Shown here: one piece after another, positions 50,404 through 59,939 of the stretch
Position numbering within the stretch: the stretch's first letter is position 1
How the letters are laid out: every line of letters starts with the position of its first letter
Origin: Polyangiaceae bacterium
GTDB taxonomy: Bacteria > Myxococcota_A > Polyangia > Polyangiales > Polyangiaceae
Direction of reading: 5' to 3'
Length of the DNA: 64,000 nt
Assembly (NCBI GenBank): GCA_044376115.1
Contig: JBILLK010000041.1
Location: 1 to 64,000 of the forward strand
Notes under the pieces: model-generated
Databases searched by the model: none
Told to the model about the DNA's origin: nothing
What the model saw: only the letters and a program-made list of their open reading frames with translations
Position numbers and translations under genes: made by a program

Positions 50404-51327
50404 ATGGGGATTCTGCCGGATAAAAGGTCAAACGGGGCGGTCGCGAAGAACATTGTTGCGAGCGTGTTGGCTGGGGTCGTCGTTGTGCTGGCCGGTGGTG
50501 CACAGTCCGCTCGCGCCGACAAATTGAAGTCGTACTCGGCCTGGCAAGCTGGATGGAAGTCTGGCCTGGCCGGGACAAGGGCTTCTTGCCTCAAAATAGA
50601 GGAGACGCGCGGCACTCACTGCGGCGAGAGCGACAGTCTCGGGGTCGACTTCACGAACACCTGTTCGGACACCGTTCGCGTTAGCTACTGTCTTGAGCGA
50701 AGCAACGGAAAATTGGACTGCGGGCTCGACTCAAAACTGAAGCCGGGCACAAAAAACAATGGGGCCTGGACATGTCACGGCTCGGGCAAGTGGCGCATGT
50801 TGGCGTGTGACGTGGACGAGGGCTGTCGAGCTGACGCTGACGTCTATCTCGGCATCAAGGATTCCTCGGTTGTGCTCACTTCGTGCGTCGAGGAAGCGCT
50901 CGGGAAGGTCGGTGAGGCACTCTTTGCCGCCACAGGCAGAGGCATCGTTATCACTGATGGAACGAGGACTCCGCGTCGACAGGCCGAGGAGATGCACAAG
51001 AAGTTGTCGGCCGGCGAGAAGCTTAGATTTCGCGAAGCGGCCCTGGCGAAAGAGATACAGGATGCATGGACTGCGATCCCGGCTGAAGATCGTCCCACGA
51101 AAGGTCAAGACGTGATCGAGGCGGTGATCGTGAAGCAGGTCGCGGCTAAGAAATTTGTCTCCCGGCACCTATCCAAGAACGGAGCGGATATTCGCACAAG
51201 GGACTTGAGCGAATCGGACGAGGCAAAGCTTGTCGAGATTCTTGGAAAACATGGCATCGAGATACTTGAAGAACCGTCGGCCGCCGGGGGTGAGCACATC
51301 CACGCCAACGTGGTCTCCTGCAAGTAG
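50404..51327 (+). CDS. Secreted protein with a C-terminal M15/LAS-type zinc peptidase-like domain
   Basis: Signal peptide, Cys-rich N-terminal domain, ITDGTRT...QA, SRH.....ADIR, HIH. Confidence 0.6.
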   Translation: MGILPDKRSNGAVAKNIVASVLAGVVVVLAGGAQSARADKLKSYSAWQAGWKSGLAGTRASCLKIEETRGTHCGESDSLGVDFTNTCSDTVRVSYCLERSNGKLDCGLDSKLKPGTKNNGAWTCHGSGKWRMLACDVDEGCRADADVYLGIKDSSVVLTSCVEEALGKVGEALFAATGRGIVITDGTRTPRRQAEEMHKKLSAGEKLRFREAALAKEIQDAWTAIPAEDRPTKGQDVIEAVIVKQVAAKKFVSRHLSKNGADIRTRDLSESDEAKLVEILGKHGIEILEEPSAAGGEHIHANVVSCK

Positions 51328-51360
51328 ATATTCGGAATAGGCAACGCCGAGGGACACCAG

Positions 51361-51801
51361 ATGAAACACTTCTTCGCCAAAGCCGCCTTGCTGGCGTGCG
51401 CGATCTCATTCTCAGCCTCCGCACTTGCGCTCCCATCGATCTCGGCATGGGAGAATCCCACCGATAAATCCAAGGTTTGGGCCAAGACGAGCGCACTGGT
51501 TGCAAAAGGAACGACCGTCAAGGTGAAGTTGGTGAGAGGCTCTGTCTACTCCTGCGGGCTCACTTTCGAGACGCAACCAGCGCGCGACCGCTCGAACTTT
51601 GAGCAGGGCTTCGACTGCTCTGACAAAGGTGAAGTCGGAAAGGAGCTGAGTTTCAAGACAAAGAATGACGGAGCTCTCATGTCCCGCGCGGGCAATTACG
51701 GTGAGAGCATCGCGTCGGTAACGGAAATTCCAGGGGGAGCAGAGGTCACCTGGAAGGATTCAGACGGCAAGTCAACCGTTGTGGTTCGTGTCTACGAGTA
51801 G
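51361..51801 (+). CDS. Small secreted hypothetical protein
   Basis: Clear signal peptide (ASALA); RBS GAGGG. Confidence 0.7.
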   Translation: MKHFFAKAALLACAISFSASALALPSISAWENPTDKSKVWAKTSALVAKGTTVKVKLVRGSVYSCGLTFETQPARDRSNFEQGFDCSDKGEVGKELSFKTKNDGALMSRAGNYGESIASVTEIPGGAEVTWKDSDGKSTVVVRVYE

Positions 51802-51839
51802 CCGCTGACCTCCATCTCGACGCGTCGAGTAGGTCTCCG

Positions 51840-52496
51840 TTACAGGACCTTCTTCTTCAACCCCTTCAGCTTCTTCCCAAGCTCCTTCAGCGTCTTCTCG
51901 ATTCTGCGCGATACGGTGCTGACGCTGACGCCGTGCTCTTGGGCGAGGACCTCGAGGGTGACGCCTTCGATGAAGTGGCGGCGGGTGAGTTCCCACTCGT
52001 GGGGGTCGAGGGTTGGGGTGACGGTGGCGAGGGCGGCTTCGAGTTTGAGCTTGCTCTCCCGCTGTTCGTACAGCTCTTCGGCGCTTTCGGCGAGGTTGGG
52101 ACGGAAGAGCACGAGGGCGGCGGCGGCGGCGACGGCGTTGTTGGCCTCGCGCTGATGAGCGGCCCGCACTTCGGGCGGGGCGAACATGTCTCCAACCTCT
52201 GAAACGACGAGCACCGGGGCCACGGCCTTGTGCATCTCGAGCTCGATGCGCCGCGCTTTGCCCTGTGCGCGCAGCACGTCCAACATGGCGCCGCGGATGC
52301 GTTCGTTGTGGGCGATGACGAACGCGTCAGCGTTTTGCGGCAGCTGTTCTGCTGCGCGTTTGCACACGACCTCCATGCCGATCTGAAACAGCTCTTCGGC
52401 GAGCGCAGCGTTCGTCGTGAAACGCCTCGCCATCTGTCTAACGGCGAGCTGCGTTCCGGCGATCATGCGGTGTCTGGGCCCGAACGGCTCAGCCAC
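51840..52496 (-). CDS. Sigma-70 family RNA polymerase sigma factor
   Basis: Region 2-like EELFQIG...RIRGAMLD.LR; region 4 HTH TLE.LA...GVS.STVSR. Confidence 0.78.
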   Translation of the reverse strand: MAEPFGPRHRMIAGTQLAVRQMARRFTTNAALAEELFQIGMEVVCKRAAEQLPQNADAFVIAHNERIRGAMLDVLRAQGKARRIELEMHKAVAPVLVVSEVGDMFAPPEVRAAHQREANNAVAAAAALVLFRPNLAESAEELYEQRESKLKLEAALATVTPTLDPHEWELTRRHFIEGVTLEVLAQEHGVSVSTVSRRIEKTLKELGKKLKGLKKKVL

Positions 52497-52737
52497 CGCG
52501 CAGTTTGCGTTCGAGTTCGACGCCGTAAAGGTTGCGTTCGTTCGAGGTGCTCACGGCTTCCCGATCGCCCAGGCGCTCTTCCGCCAGCCGCTTCATCACC
52601 GGATGCGTCGCGTACAAGTCGGCCAATAGGCGCTTCATCGCATCGCGGGTGCTCGGTCCAAGCAGGTGATCCCAGCTCTCGGCCTCTTCCTCCGCCAGTT
52701 CCTCGATTGTGCTCGGCTCGCCGCTCACCAACGTCAT
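52489..52737 (-). CDS. Small hypothetical protein coupled to the sigma factor
   Basis: 82-aa acidic/helical ORF whose end overlaps the sigma factor start. Confidence 0.5.
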   Translation of the reverse strand: MTLVSGEPSTIEELAEEEAESWDHLLGPSTRDAMKRLLADLYATHPVMKRLAEERLGDREAVSTSNERNLYGVELERKLRGG

Positions 52738-52954
52738 TGAACCAGGCGAGTGGGGAGGGTGCAAGTGGGCGCTTGGAGCTGGGCACGGAGGACAAGCTAG
52801 AACAGGCGTGGACCGTAGCAGCCGCTCAAGCCGGTTGGCTCGTCGTGATCGTCGTGATCCAGCCCGCGGCCTCTCGTCCCTGCAGCTCACGAGCCGCCTG
52901 GTAACATCGGCGTGTGGGGCAATCCGATGCGACTTTGTAGTAACGCTACCCTGG

Positions 52955-53032
52955 TTGCTGGAGCCGCTCGATCTCATCGCGCGGGCGTGCGTACTGGCGC
53001 CTCGTCCTCGCATGGTGCAGCTTGAGCTGTTC
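52955..53032 (+). mobile_element. Remnant of an IS91/ISCR-like (Y2) transposase
   Basis: Translates LLEPLDLIARACVLAPRPRM..QLELF, resembling the LEPL(D/E)FIARLAALVP.PR motif of IS91-family transposases. Confidence 0.45.
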
Positions 53033-53245
53033 GGAGACGACGACAACCCGGCAACGAGCCACGCAGAACGCGGCCTGGCCGTTCCGCCACGTCTTTGAGG
53101 TGTACGTCACGACATTAGTCGTCGCTAGTTGGGTATCCCAGGTCGCAGAGACGTCATCGTAATTCAAGGCTCCACCACCGTTAATGTGGCCGGCGGGTAG
53201 CTCGGCATCGCGCCCTGTGTCAGATGATAGTAAAGTAAGTAACGG

Positions 53246-54480
53246 GTGCGCCTGATTTGGGTTGACGCTGGCATTAAGACAGCTTTAGTGGAGTCAATGC
53301 GTCTGTCTCTCACGTTCTCTCTAAGTTTCCTCGGACTATCCCTCCTCTGCCTAGCGTGCACACCAACGGATAGTTCGAGCGAAGAGACCGAAACCGCGGC
53401 CGAGGCTTTGGTGCTGCTCCCGGCGCCAGAACCGGAAGCGGGGACAGCCGTCCTGCGCGACAACAAGTGGATCTCCAAGCGAGACAATCCTGCAATTCGG
53501 GGGGCCAGAACCCTGCGGTCGGACGAGTATGTTGTGACCGGCTCACAGGGCTACACTCTTTTTCACTTTAACCTTTTTGGGCAGGTCATGGACGCCGCGG
53601 GGAATAGAAGCGTTCTCCCGGCCTTCTCGGGCTCTGCCGTGAATGTGGAAGAGACAATGAAGTGGCAAAGCCGCGGCATGCTCTTGCCGAGGCGTATCAC
53701 CCAGGCCGCAAATGAGGGAATCCTCAGCTATACAGGTTGGTACGATCCCGCTGACGTTCAGATTGGTGCCTATCAGGCTACGGAACCCGTCAACATCCAG
53801 CTCGATACGAACGTCCGTCTGGTGCCTGTTCATTTCATTGCGCTCTACGCGCCTGAATCAAGCCTGACTGCCTTTCGGCTGCCATGGTCGAGCTTTGATG
53901 CGTTGAGAGTTCTTGACGACGTGGCTTCAGTAGACACCGACCTGAACACTACACCCACGGCAAGTCCAGACAACATTACGTACCACTGGCAAATGGCATC
54001 AGGCCTCGCGAGCCCTGATCCGGTCTGGACTCAATGTGACATCCAGTTCCGCATGGTGAACTACACAGCTTGTAGGGTTCCAGCGCAGTTGATGGAAGCC
54101 CCACTCAACCTCTGCAGCGGCAATGCCATTATAGCACGGGACATGCCATCAAGAGCGCAGTCAATGATTGTGTTGGCAAGGCCAAGGGTATTCAGCTGGT
54201 TGTCGCGGGCCTGATCGATGGAGATAGCTGCAACCCCAATGCTACCGGACTATCGGCGCAAGCCTCCAACACTGCCGTGGTTGAGAACAGCGCAGTGTCG
54301 AGCCCGCGAACCATTGCCCACGAGCTGGGCCATGTGCTTAACCTCGGTCATATGGAAGTCACAGGAAATCTGATGACTTCTACCGGCGGGAGTTCGGCCG
54401 GAACCACACTCACTAGCGCGCAGTGCTCCACCGCCCGCTCGAATGCTGCGAGTCCCGACAAGCAGGGGGAGTGGCCGTGA
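53246..54480 (+). pseudogene. Lipoprotein zinc metalloprotease (metzincin-like) split by a frameshift
   Basis: LLCLAC lipobox in 53246..54214; TIAHELGHVLNLGH....NLM in a second frame open from about 54075 to 54480. Confidence 0.65.
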
Positions 54481-55427
54481 GGTCGTTTGCTCAGCATGCA
54501 TGCTGGCTGATAGCGGCCGCGTTGGTCGCTTGCAGTGGCCGGTCAGACTTGGAGCAGGAGGCGCCACCCATTGCGACGAGCTACCAGCCGCTCGCAGAGT
54601 GCAGTGCACCGCTCTGGGTTCCGGCGGGGCAAGCCTACTATGGTGGGATTTACGTGGCGGCCACCAAGCCTTACGCAAGCTGGCGTGAGTCCTTCTTCAC
54701 CTTTGAGCCCCATGCTTGCAATGAAGTTGAGTTCAATCGATTCGTTCACGTGAATGACTATTATCTGGACAGTGACGAGGTATCGCACGCCTGTTACGAG
54801 CGGTGCGTGGCAGACGGCGTGTGTGAGCCAGCGCCTGCACCGACCGAGGAACAACCTGCTCTATCTGTCTCCGCCGAAGCGGCCGCGGCCTTCTGCGTTT
54901 ATCGCGGCGGCTATCTACCCAGCTATGCGCAGCTGGCGCGCGCTGGCTCGGCCGAGTCGCTGAGCGTGGGTCCGCGTAACGTCTTGCTTGATTGGGCAGA
55001 GTGCCTCAACGAGTCCAGCGCTGATTGTCGATATCGATCGCGGGCACCCGAACGCAATGCCGAGTTTCGGCCCACTTGGGCGCCGCGGTCAGACCCCAAT
55101 GACGTAGGTCCCTTTGGGCACTATGATCTTTTTGGCGGACAGCTCGAGTGGACGCGCTCTCATTCAAACTTCGATGGGGTTGAGGCCAGGCCTACTACTA
55201 GCGCTTGCGACGAGGACCAGCTCGAAGATCCTGTCGACTTGGGCGATGGTATTTTAACTATTTATGGTCCTGGCTTCGCCATGCTCGACGGTCTCAAGGT
55301 GTTCCCCGGAGAGCCGAGATACAGCGGCTCGCTTCAGCCTTACTTCGAGAACATCCTCAGTGAGCCTTCGTTGCAGGGCTGGGTGGGCTTTCGCTGTGCC
55401 TTTGATACGCAGGAGCAAGAACCGTGA
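54477..55427 (+). CDS. FGE-sulfatase (SUMF1/CLec-fold) lipoprotein
   Basis: LVACSG lipobox; LD.DEV, A.AFC..RGG.LPS, GPFG.YD.FG...EW, terminal VGFRCA. Confidence 0.78.
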   Translation: MRSFAQHACWLIAAALVACSGRSDLEQEAPPIATSYQPLAECSAPLWVPAGQAYYGGIYVAATKPYASWRESFFTFEPHACNEVEFNRFVHVNDYYLDSDEVSHACYERCVADGVCEPAPAPTEEQPALSVSAEAAAAFCVYRGGYLPSYAQLARAGSAESLSVGPRNVLLDWAECLNESSADCRYRSRAPERNAEFRPTWAPRSDPNDVGPFGHYDLFGGQLEWTRSHSNFDGVEARPTTSACDEDQLEDPVDLGDGILTIYGPGFAMLDGLKVFPGEPRYSGSLQPYFENILSEPSLQGWVGFRCAFDTQEQEP

Positions 55428-55780
55428 GCACCGATTATAAGATACTATTCTTGTTCGCTATCAGCGCGACTGTGGCCGCCTGCGGGGATTCAACTGGGGA
55501 CGGTGGTGGAGGAGGTGGCGGCGGCGGTGAGAGTTGCCCGTTTGAGGTCCACAACGAGACGCCCAAGATTGAATGCCCGTGCAACACCTTCGGCACGGAC
55601 CAGAACTACGTTTGCACCAAGGACTGCACCGATTCAACCGTTGAATGCCCGGAGGGCACTGGTTGTGCGGAGGGAATCGGCTCGAGTATCTGCCTAGCGC
55701 CTTGTGGCAGCGGCTGCCCGGAGGGCTTTCATTGCGCGCAAGAAGGCGAGGCCTGGGCAGGCTTCTGCGACCCGGATTGA
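55424..55780 (+). CDS. Small Cys-rich lipoprotein
   Basis: VAACGDS lipobox, poly-Gly linker, many Cys. Confidence 0.75.
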   Translation: MSTDYKILFLFAISATVAACGDSTGDGGGGGGGGGESCPFEVHNETPKIECPCNTFGTDQNYVCTKDCTDSTVECPEGTGCAEGIGSSICLAPCGSGCPEGFHCAQEGEAWAGFCDPD

Positions 55781-55812
55781 TAGGGAAGGCGCCCCGCCTG
55801 CCCGCTGCGCTC

Positions 55813-55875
55813 GGCTTCAATGTGCACGCCCAGGTCGCCGTCCTGGCGCGCCGCGTCGACCTTCTATGTCGCTAT
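55813..55875 (+). mobile_element. Remnant of an IS91/ISCR-like (Y2) transposase
   Basis: Translates GFNVHAQVAVLARRVDLLCRY, resembling the GF(S/N)(L/V)HA.V...LCRY catalytic-region motif. Confidence 0.45.
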
Positions 55876-55926
55876 AACGGAGGAAGCTTGGCGCTATCGT
55901 CAGCTTCAACGCCAGCTAGCTCATGT

Positions 55927-56472
55927 CTAATTTGAATCGGCGGCGCCGGATGGCGATGACATCTTCTCGGCACTCTCTTTAAGGACGACCGCTGCACGCT
56001 CAAGTACGGCAGCCTCAAGTGCGCCAAAGGCATCTTCTGCGGCGAAGGCGCTCCCAACCGCGACCGTAGTCTCTGCGACAGCCGCGACGGTCTTGCCCGA
56101 AGAATCCTTGAGAATGAGCTTCCACTTCATCTGCATGTACGCATCGGCGACTAGCCCTCGCGCATCCACGGCAGCTGGGGCGAGCGTAACCTCCACGACC
56201 TCAAGCGTCGCGTCGACGACTCCATCGCCAGTTCCAGAGAATTCTGAAACCATTTTCGAGAATGGCCCCTCCAGTGCACTCTTGAGCCCCGTGACACACA
56301 GTTCTTTAATTCCTGGCGTCTGGCTGCAGGTTTCTGCGTCTGTTGCGCCCGTCACACTTCCCTTCGCCGGGCTTGGGAACTGCGTTCCAGCGACATAGTT
56401 GGGCTTTGCGATCGGAGCCTGAACAGAGATCGAGCAACCAGCAAGAAAGGTTGCGACGAGCAGCGCAAACAT
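55927..56472 (-). CDS. Hypothetical lipoprotein
   Basis: MFALLVATFLAGC lipobox. Confidence 0.65.
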   Translation of the reverse strand: MFALLVATFLAGCSISVQAPIAKPNYVAGTQFPSPAKGSVTGATDAETCSQTPGIKELCVTGLKSALEGPFSKMVSEFSGTGDGVVDATLEVVEVTLAPAAVDARGLVADAYMQMKWKLILKDSSGKTVAAVAETTVAVGSAFAAEDAFGALEAAVLERAAVVLKESAEKMSSPSGAADSN

Positions 56473-56803
56473 CGGGCGAGCGGGCCTTGACACGGAATCC
56501 TCCGGAAGCAACTGAGGCTGGGCGCGAGACGAGCACAAGTCGGCCTTGCCTGCAACAGAGCCCCAGCGGAAGTCGCGCTGGCGGCTGCGTAAACGTGGCT
56601 CGGCGCTGCAAGCGGTGTCTAAGGGCGAGATACTGGTGCCGCGTCTGGGCATCGCTGAGATTGCGTAGGGCAGCATCGCGCGATTGCCGCGCTCCTCAGA
56701 CAGGTTGGTCCGATGCGCTAAGTGAAGCATTCGCCGAAATCAAATCGCACGCCCTCCGATCGAAGTCGAAGCCATGCGTGCGCCCCCATTGATGCGTGGC
56801 GTG

Positions 56804-57697
56804 TCAGCTCAAGCGCACGGAGTCAGGCGCCCGAAAGATGCTTGGGCGGCCCAGGAGCGTCGCGGTCAGCTCGCCCTCCATGTGTTGCATCAAGCAGACC
56901 GAGTGGCGGCGCAGCCCGATGCATGCCTCGGGGCCCACCTCCCGCTCCATCCCCGTCGAGTCGAAGATGACGCACTTCCTGTAGTCGAGGATGTCCTGCC
57001 TGAAGCGCACCACCGGCATGGCCACCTCGCCCTCGAGCTCCCTCCACCCGATGTCCTGCCAGCGCTCGGCGCTGAGGTCGATGACTGCCCACGTGAACCG
57101 CAGCGGCTTCGCGGCGATTGCGTCAAGGTCCGCGGCCGGCTGCACGGTCCGCTCGTCGTAGAAGGCCACGAAGGGATCGGCGAGCACCCTGCCATACGCG
57201 AAGGAGCCGTCCTCGAGCCGGATGCGGACGAAGGTGCCGGGCTTCGGCCGCGGGGCGGCTGGCTTCCGCCGCGATCGCGGCCGCGCCGTGCTCGCGGGCC
57301 CCAGGCGGTCGCGCAGCTCCGCCATGAGCGCGTCGAAGCGCGCACCGTCGGCGCCCTCGTGCCAGAGGCCGGCCACCTCCGAGGTCTCCCGCGCAGCGAT
57401 GCGCGGCAGCGTGTGCGCCGCGAGATTGCGGAGCTCCTCCTTGGGCCCAATGCGCGCCGCCAGCGCGAGGATCGGGCGGGGGACGGCTCGCTCGCCGACG
57501 CGACCGAGCGCCAGGGCGACGAGTTCGCAGGCGGCCCAGCCGGCCCAGCCGTCATCGACGTCGAGGGACTCGCCGTCCGGCAGCTCGGCGAGGCCACGAA
57601 GGAGCTTCTTGATCACCCGCACCGGCGCGACCTCGAACTCGCTGAGGAAGTCCACCGCCGCGTCGTTCTCGAAAGGACCAGATCCCCAGGCGCCCAT
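56804..57697 (-). CDS. DUF4259-Imm26 fusion (immunity-type protein)
   Basis: MGAWGSGPFENDAA.DF (DUF4259-like) followed by PGT.V.I.L.DG.FAYGRVL (Imm26-like). Confidence 0.7.
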   Translation of the reverse strand: MGAWGSGPFENDAAVDFLSEFEVAPVRVIKKLLRGLAELPDGESLDVDDGWAGWAACELVALALGRVGERAVPRPILALAARIGPKEELRNLAAHTLPRIAARETSEVAGLWHEGADGARFDALMAELRDRLGPASTARPRSRRKPAAPRPKPGTFVRIRLEDGSFAYGRVLADPFVAFYDERTVQPAADLDAIAAKPLRFTWAVIDLSAERWQDIGWRELEGEVAMPVVRFRQDILDYRKCVIFDSTGMEREVGPEACIGLRRHSVCLMQHMEGELTATLLGRPSIFRAPDSVRLS

Positions 57698-57775
57698 GGC
57701 GGGTCGGATACCACGGGGCTCGTCGCCTATGGAAGCCACGCGACGTTGGCCTACCTTCGTGGTGACGACATCGCC

Positions 57776-58411
57776 TTAGTGCGCCACGTATACGACGCGC
57801 TCGAGCGCGCGCTTCGCATATGCGTCCGAGTTCGTCAGATGGCCGTCGTACGGTCCAACCTTATTGATGCTGCGCCCGTTCTTGAACACGAGCTGCAGGC
57901 CGTGCTCGGCGTCCCAGTCGCAATTGCATTCAAGCGAAACGTAGACCTTCTTGTCGCCGTAATGGCGCCTCCGCACCATCGGCTCGGGGCCGAAGCGCAC
58001 TCGCTTCCACACCGTCGCGGCACTCCTGATGCGCGGGAAGCCCTCCTCGTCGGGGCCCACGTCTTCTCTCACGTCCAGGTAGTAGCGGTATACGTGCTTG
58101 GAAGCCCGCTCGAGCACCGTGCGGTCACCGGCCAGGAAGTTCTTGATGGCTGCGTGAAACTCGCCCTTCTTGCGATCGCTCTCGTACCCACCGAGCACGA
58201 TGGTGCGCTTGGTGCGACCGAGCATTGGGATGCGAATCGGGATGCTGCGGAGCCAGCCGAGCTCGTCGCTGGTTACCGGGCCGAGGTGCGGGACTTCGAG
58301 GGTAGTTTTCGGCAATATGCGGCCAGGATACTTAAGACGCTGCTGACTGCCACTAGCGCTGCCGCCCCGCCGCCCCGCCGCCCCGCCGCGGAACGAGCTA
58401 CGGCCTGTCAC
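57776..58411 (-). CDS. DUF6985-like protein
   Basis: ECNCDWDAEHGLQLVFKNG....VG.YDGHLTN motif; true start probably internal. Confidence 0.65.
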   Translation of the reverse strand: MTGRSSFRGGAAGRRGGSASGSQQRLKYPGRILPKTTLEVPHLGPVTSDELGWLRSIPIRIPMLGRTKRTIVLGGYESDRKKGEFHAAIKNFLAGDRTVLERASKHVYRYYLDVREDVGPDEEGFPRIRSAATVWKRVRFGPEPMVRRRHYGDKKVYVSLECNCDWDAEHGLQLVFKNGRSINKVGPYDGHLTNSDAYAKRALERVVYVAH

Positions 58412-58455
58412 CCATGTGCCCGGTCTGGTCTGCCACCCATGTGCCCGGTCGGTAC
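58406..58455. mobile_element. IS481-family-like terminal repeat (orphan end)
   Basis: TG(T/C)CACCCATGTGCCCGGTC twice at a 25-bp period followed by GGTAC, a doublet typical of IS481-type ends; no transposase nearby. Confidence 0.5.
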
Positions 58456-58855
58456 CCCCACCGAGGGCACCTCTGAGACTTCCAAAGTCTCTTCAGCTAC
58501 CCAGCGAGGGCCCAGCTGACACCGCGATGCGTTATGCGGAGGCCCACGTTGGGCTCGGTCGAGACTTTGGATCTCTTGGTAGGGGGCTCGGTGGGCTGCT
58601 GGGACACCGCAGTGCGTTACAGCCTGGGCCCTCTGAGCCCCCCTCCGAAGACTTTGGATTTCTCTGAGCGGCCCAAGTCGGGCCCTCGGAACAATGCGCC
58701 GCGTCAGCAGAGGGCCCTCGGTGGGCAGGAGACAAGACTTTGAAAGTCTCCAAGTGGCCCTCGGTGGGCACCCAAAAGACATTTGAAGTCTGATCCGGGC
58801 CCTCGGTGGGCACCCAAAAGACATTTGAAGTCCGATCGGGGCCCTCGGTGGGCCA
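58456..58855. repeat. Degenerate 42-43-bp tandem array with 86-bp higher-order units
   Basis: GGCCCTCGGTGGG at 58713, 58756, 58798 and 58840; AGAC..GTC(T) hairpin motifs at 58476, 58562, 58649, 58735, 58777 and 58819. Confidence 0.8.
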
Positions 58856-59018
58856 TTTCTGCGCGTTTTTTAGAAATCGACAGGGCGCCGGTCGATTGGG
58901 CGGAAAAAGCGATTTCTCAAAACGCTTTGTCCTTGAGGGCAGCGAAGGTGGAGCGCCCCGGGCATGCGGCTCGGTGGGCGGAGCTTTGTCAGCTGCCCTC
59001 GCAAGAGAGGACATCGAG

Positions 59019-59939
59019 ATGAGCAGCAATGTGCCCGCAGGGTTGGATACGCCGGTTGATTACACGCGCGCCTACGAAAAGATGCAGCCGCAGTTCGCGC
59101 TGATTGCGGACAAGGACTGCTTGACGGTCAACACGGACATTCCCTTCGCCGCGAACACGGCGTTGTGGGCAGCGAAGAAGATCAAGCCGCTGCGCGCTGC
59201 GTGTGTGGAGCAACTGCCGCGGTTCCCGATCAACCTGTTTGACGACTTGGAGCACGTGGCCGGAGCAGCTGCGCAAGCGCACGCCAACTTCACGCTCGCG
59301 AGCGACACCAGCAGCATCAACAAGACCATCAGCGAGCTGGATGAGAAGCTCAACCTGCGGCGCACGCAGTTCCTCGCGGACATCAACGCCCTCGCGAGCC
59401 GCGGCTTGATCGACAACAGCAAGCTCGACGAGCTGAAGAACCCCAACGGTTACAAGAACCTCTCGACCAGCGTGCTCGCGCTCGCGGCGCTGCTGCGCAC
59501 CAACTGGACCAGCATTCAGAATCGCACCGGCGTTACGCAGGACGAGCTCGCCGACGCGCAGGATCTCGCCGCGCGAATGAACGCCGCGTTGACCTTGCGC
59601 GAGCGTGGGCCGGAGGCGCTGGTGCCCGCCACCTTGGCGCGCAAGCAGGCCTTCACTTTGTTGATGAAGACGTATGACCGCGTGCTCTCGGCGGTGACCT
59701 TCGTGCGCTGGGATCAGCGCGATGCGGAGGAGTACATGCCGTCGCTCTTTCTCAATCAACCGAGGCGTGCGAGCGCGTCGGATCGTTCACAACCTGCTGC
59801 GCCCAATGGGCCCACTGCACCCAACGCACCTGTGGGACCGGTGACGCCCGTGGCTGAGCCGATCGCGCTGGCGACCAATCCAGCGCCCGCACGTCCTGGG
59901 CCCGGTGAAGGCCTGCCCGGCAGTGATCCTCTGGGGTGA
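59019..59939 (+). CDS. Hypothetical all-helical protein with Pro-rich tail
   Basis: RBS AGAGAGG, strong GC3 codon bias, first gene of a coupled three-gene run. Confidence 0.75.
   Translation: MSSNVPAGLDTPVDYTRAYEKMQPQFALIADKDCLTVNTDIPFAANTALWAAKKIKPLRAACVEQLPRFPINLFDDLEHVAGAAAQAHANFTLASDTSSINKTISELDEKLNLRRTQFLADINALASRGLIDNSKLDELKNPNGYKNLSTSVLALAALLRTNWTSIQNRTGVTQDELADAQDLAARMNAALTLRERGPEALVPATLARKQAFTLLMKTYDRVLSAVTFVRWDQRDAEEYMPSLFLNQPRRASASDRSQPAAPNGPTAPNAPVGPVTPVAEPIALATNPAPARPGPGEGLPGSDPLG

Noticed and set aside
55280..55427. Bona fide DGR variable repeat
   Set aside because: Only 15 nt match TR; upstream mismatches are not confined to TR adenines and include an indel
58456..58855. CRISPR array
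   Set aside because: The conserved core is only about 13 nt and the intervening segments are related to each other, two being nearly identical
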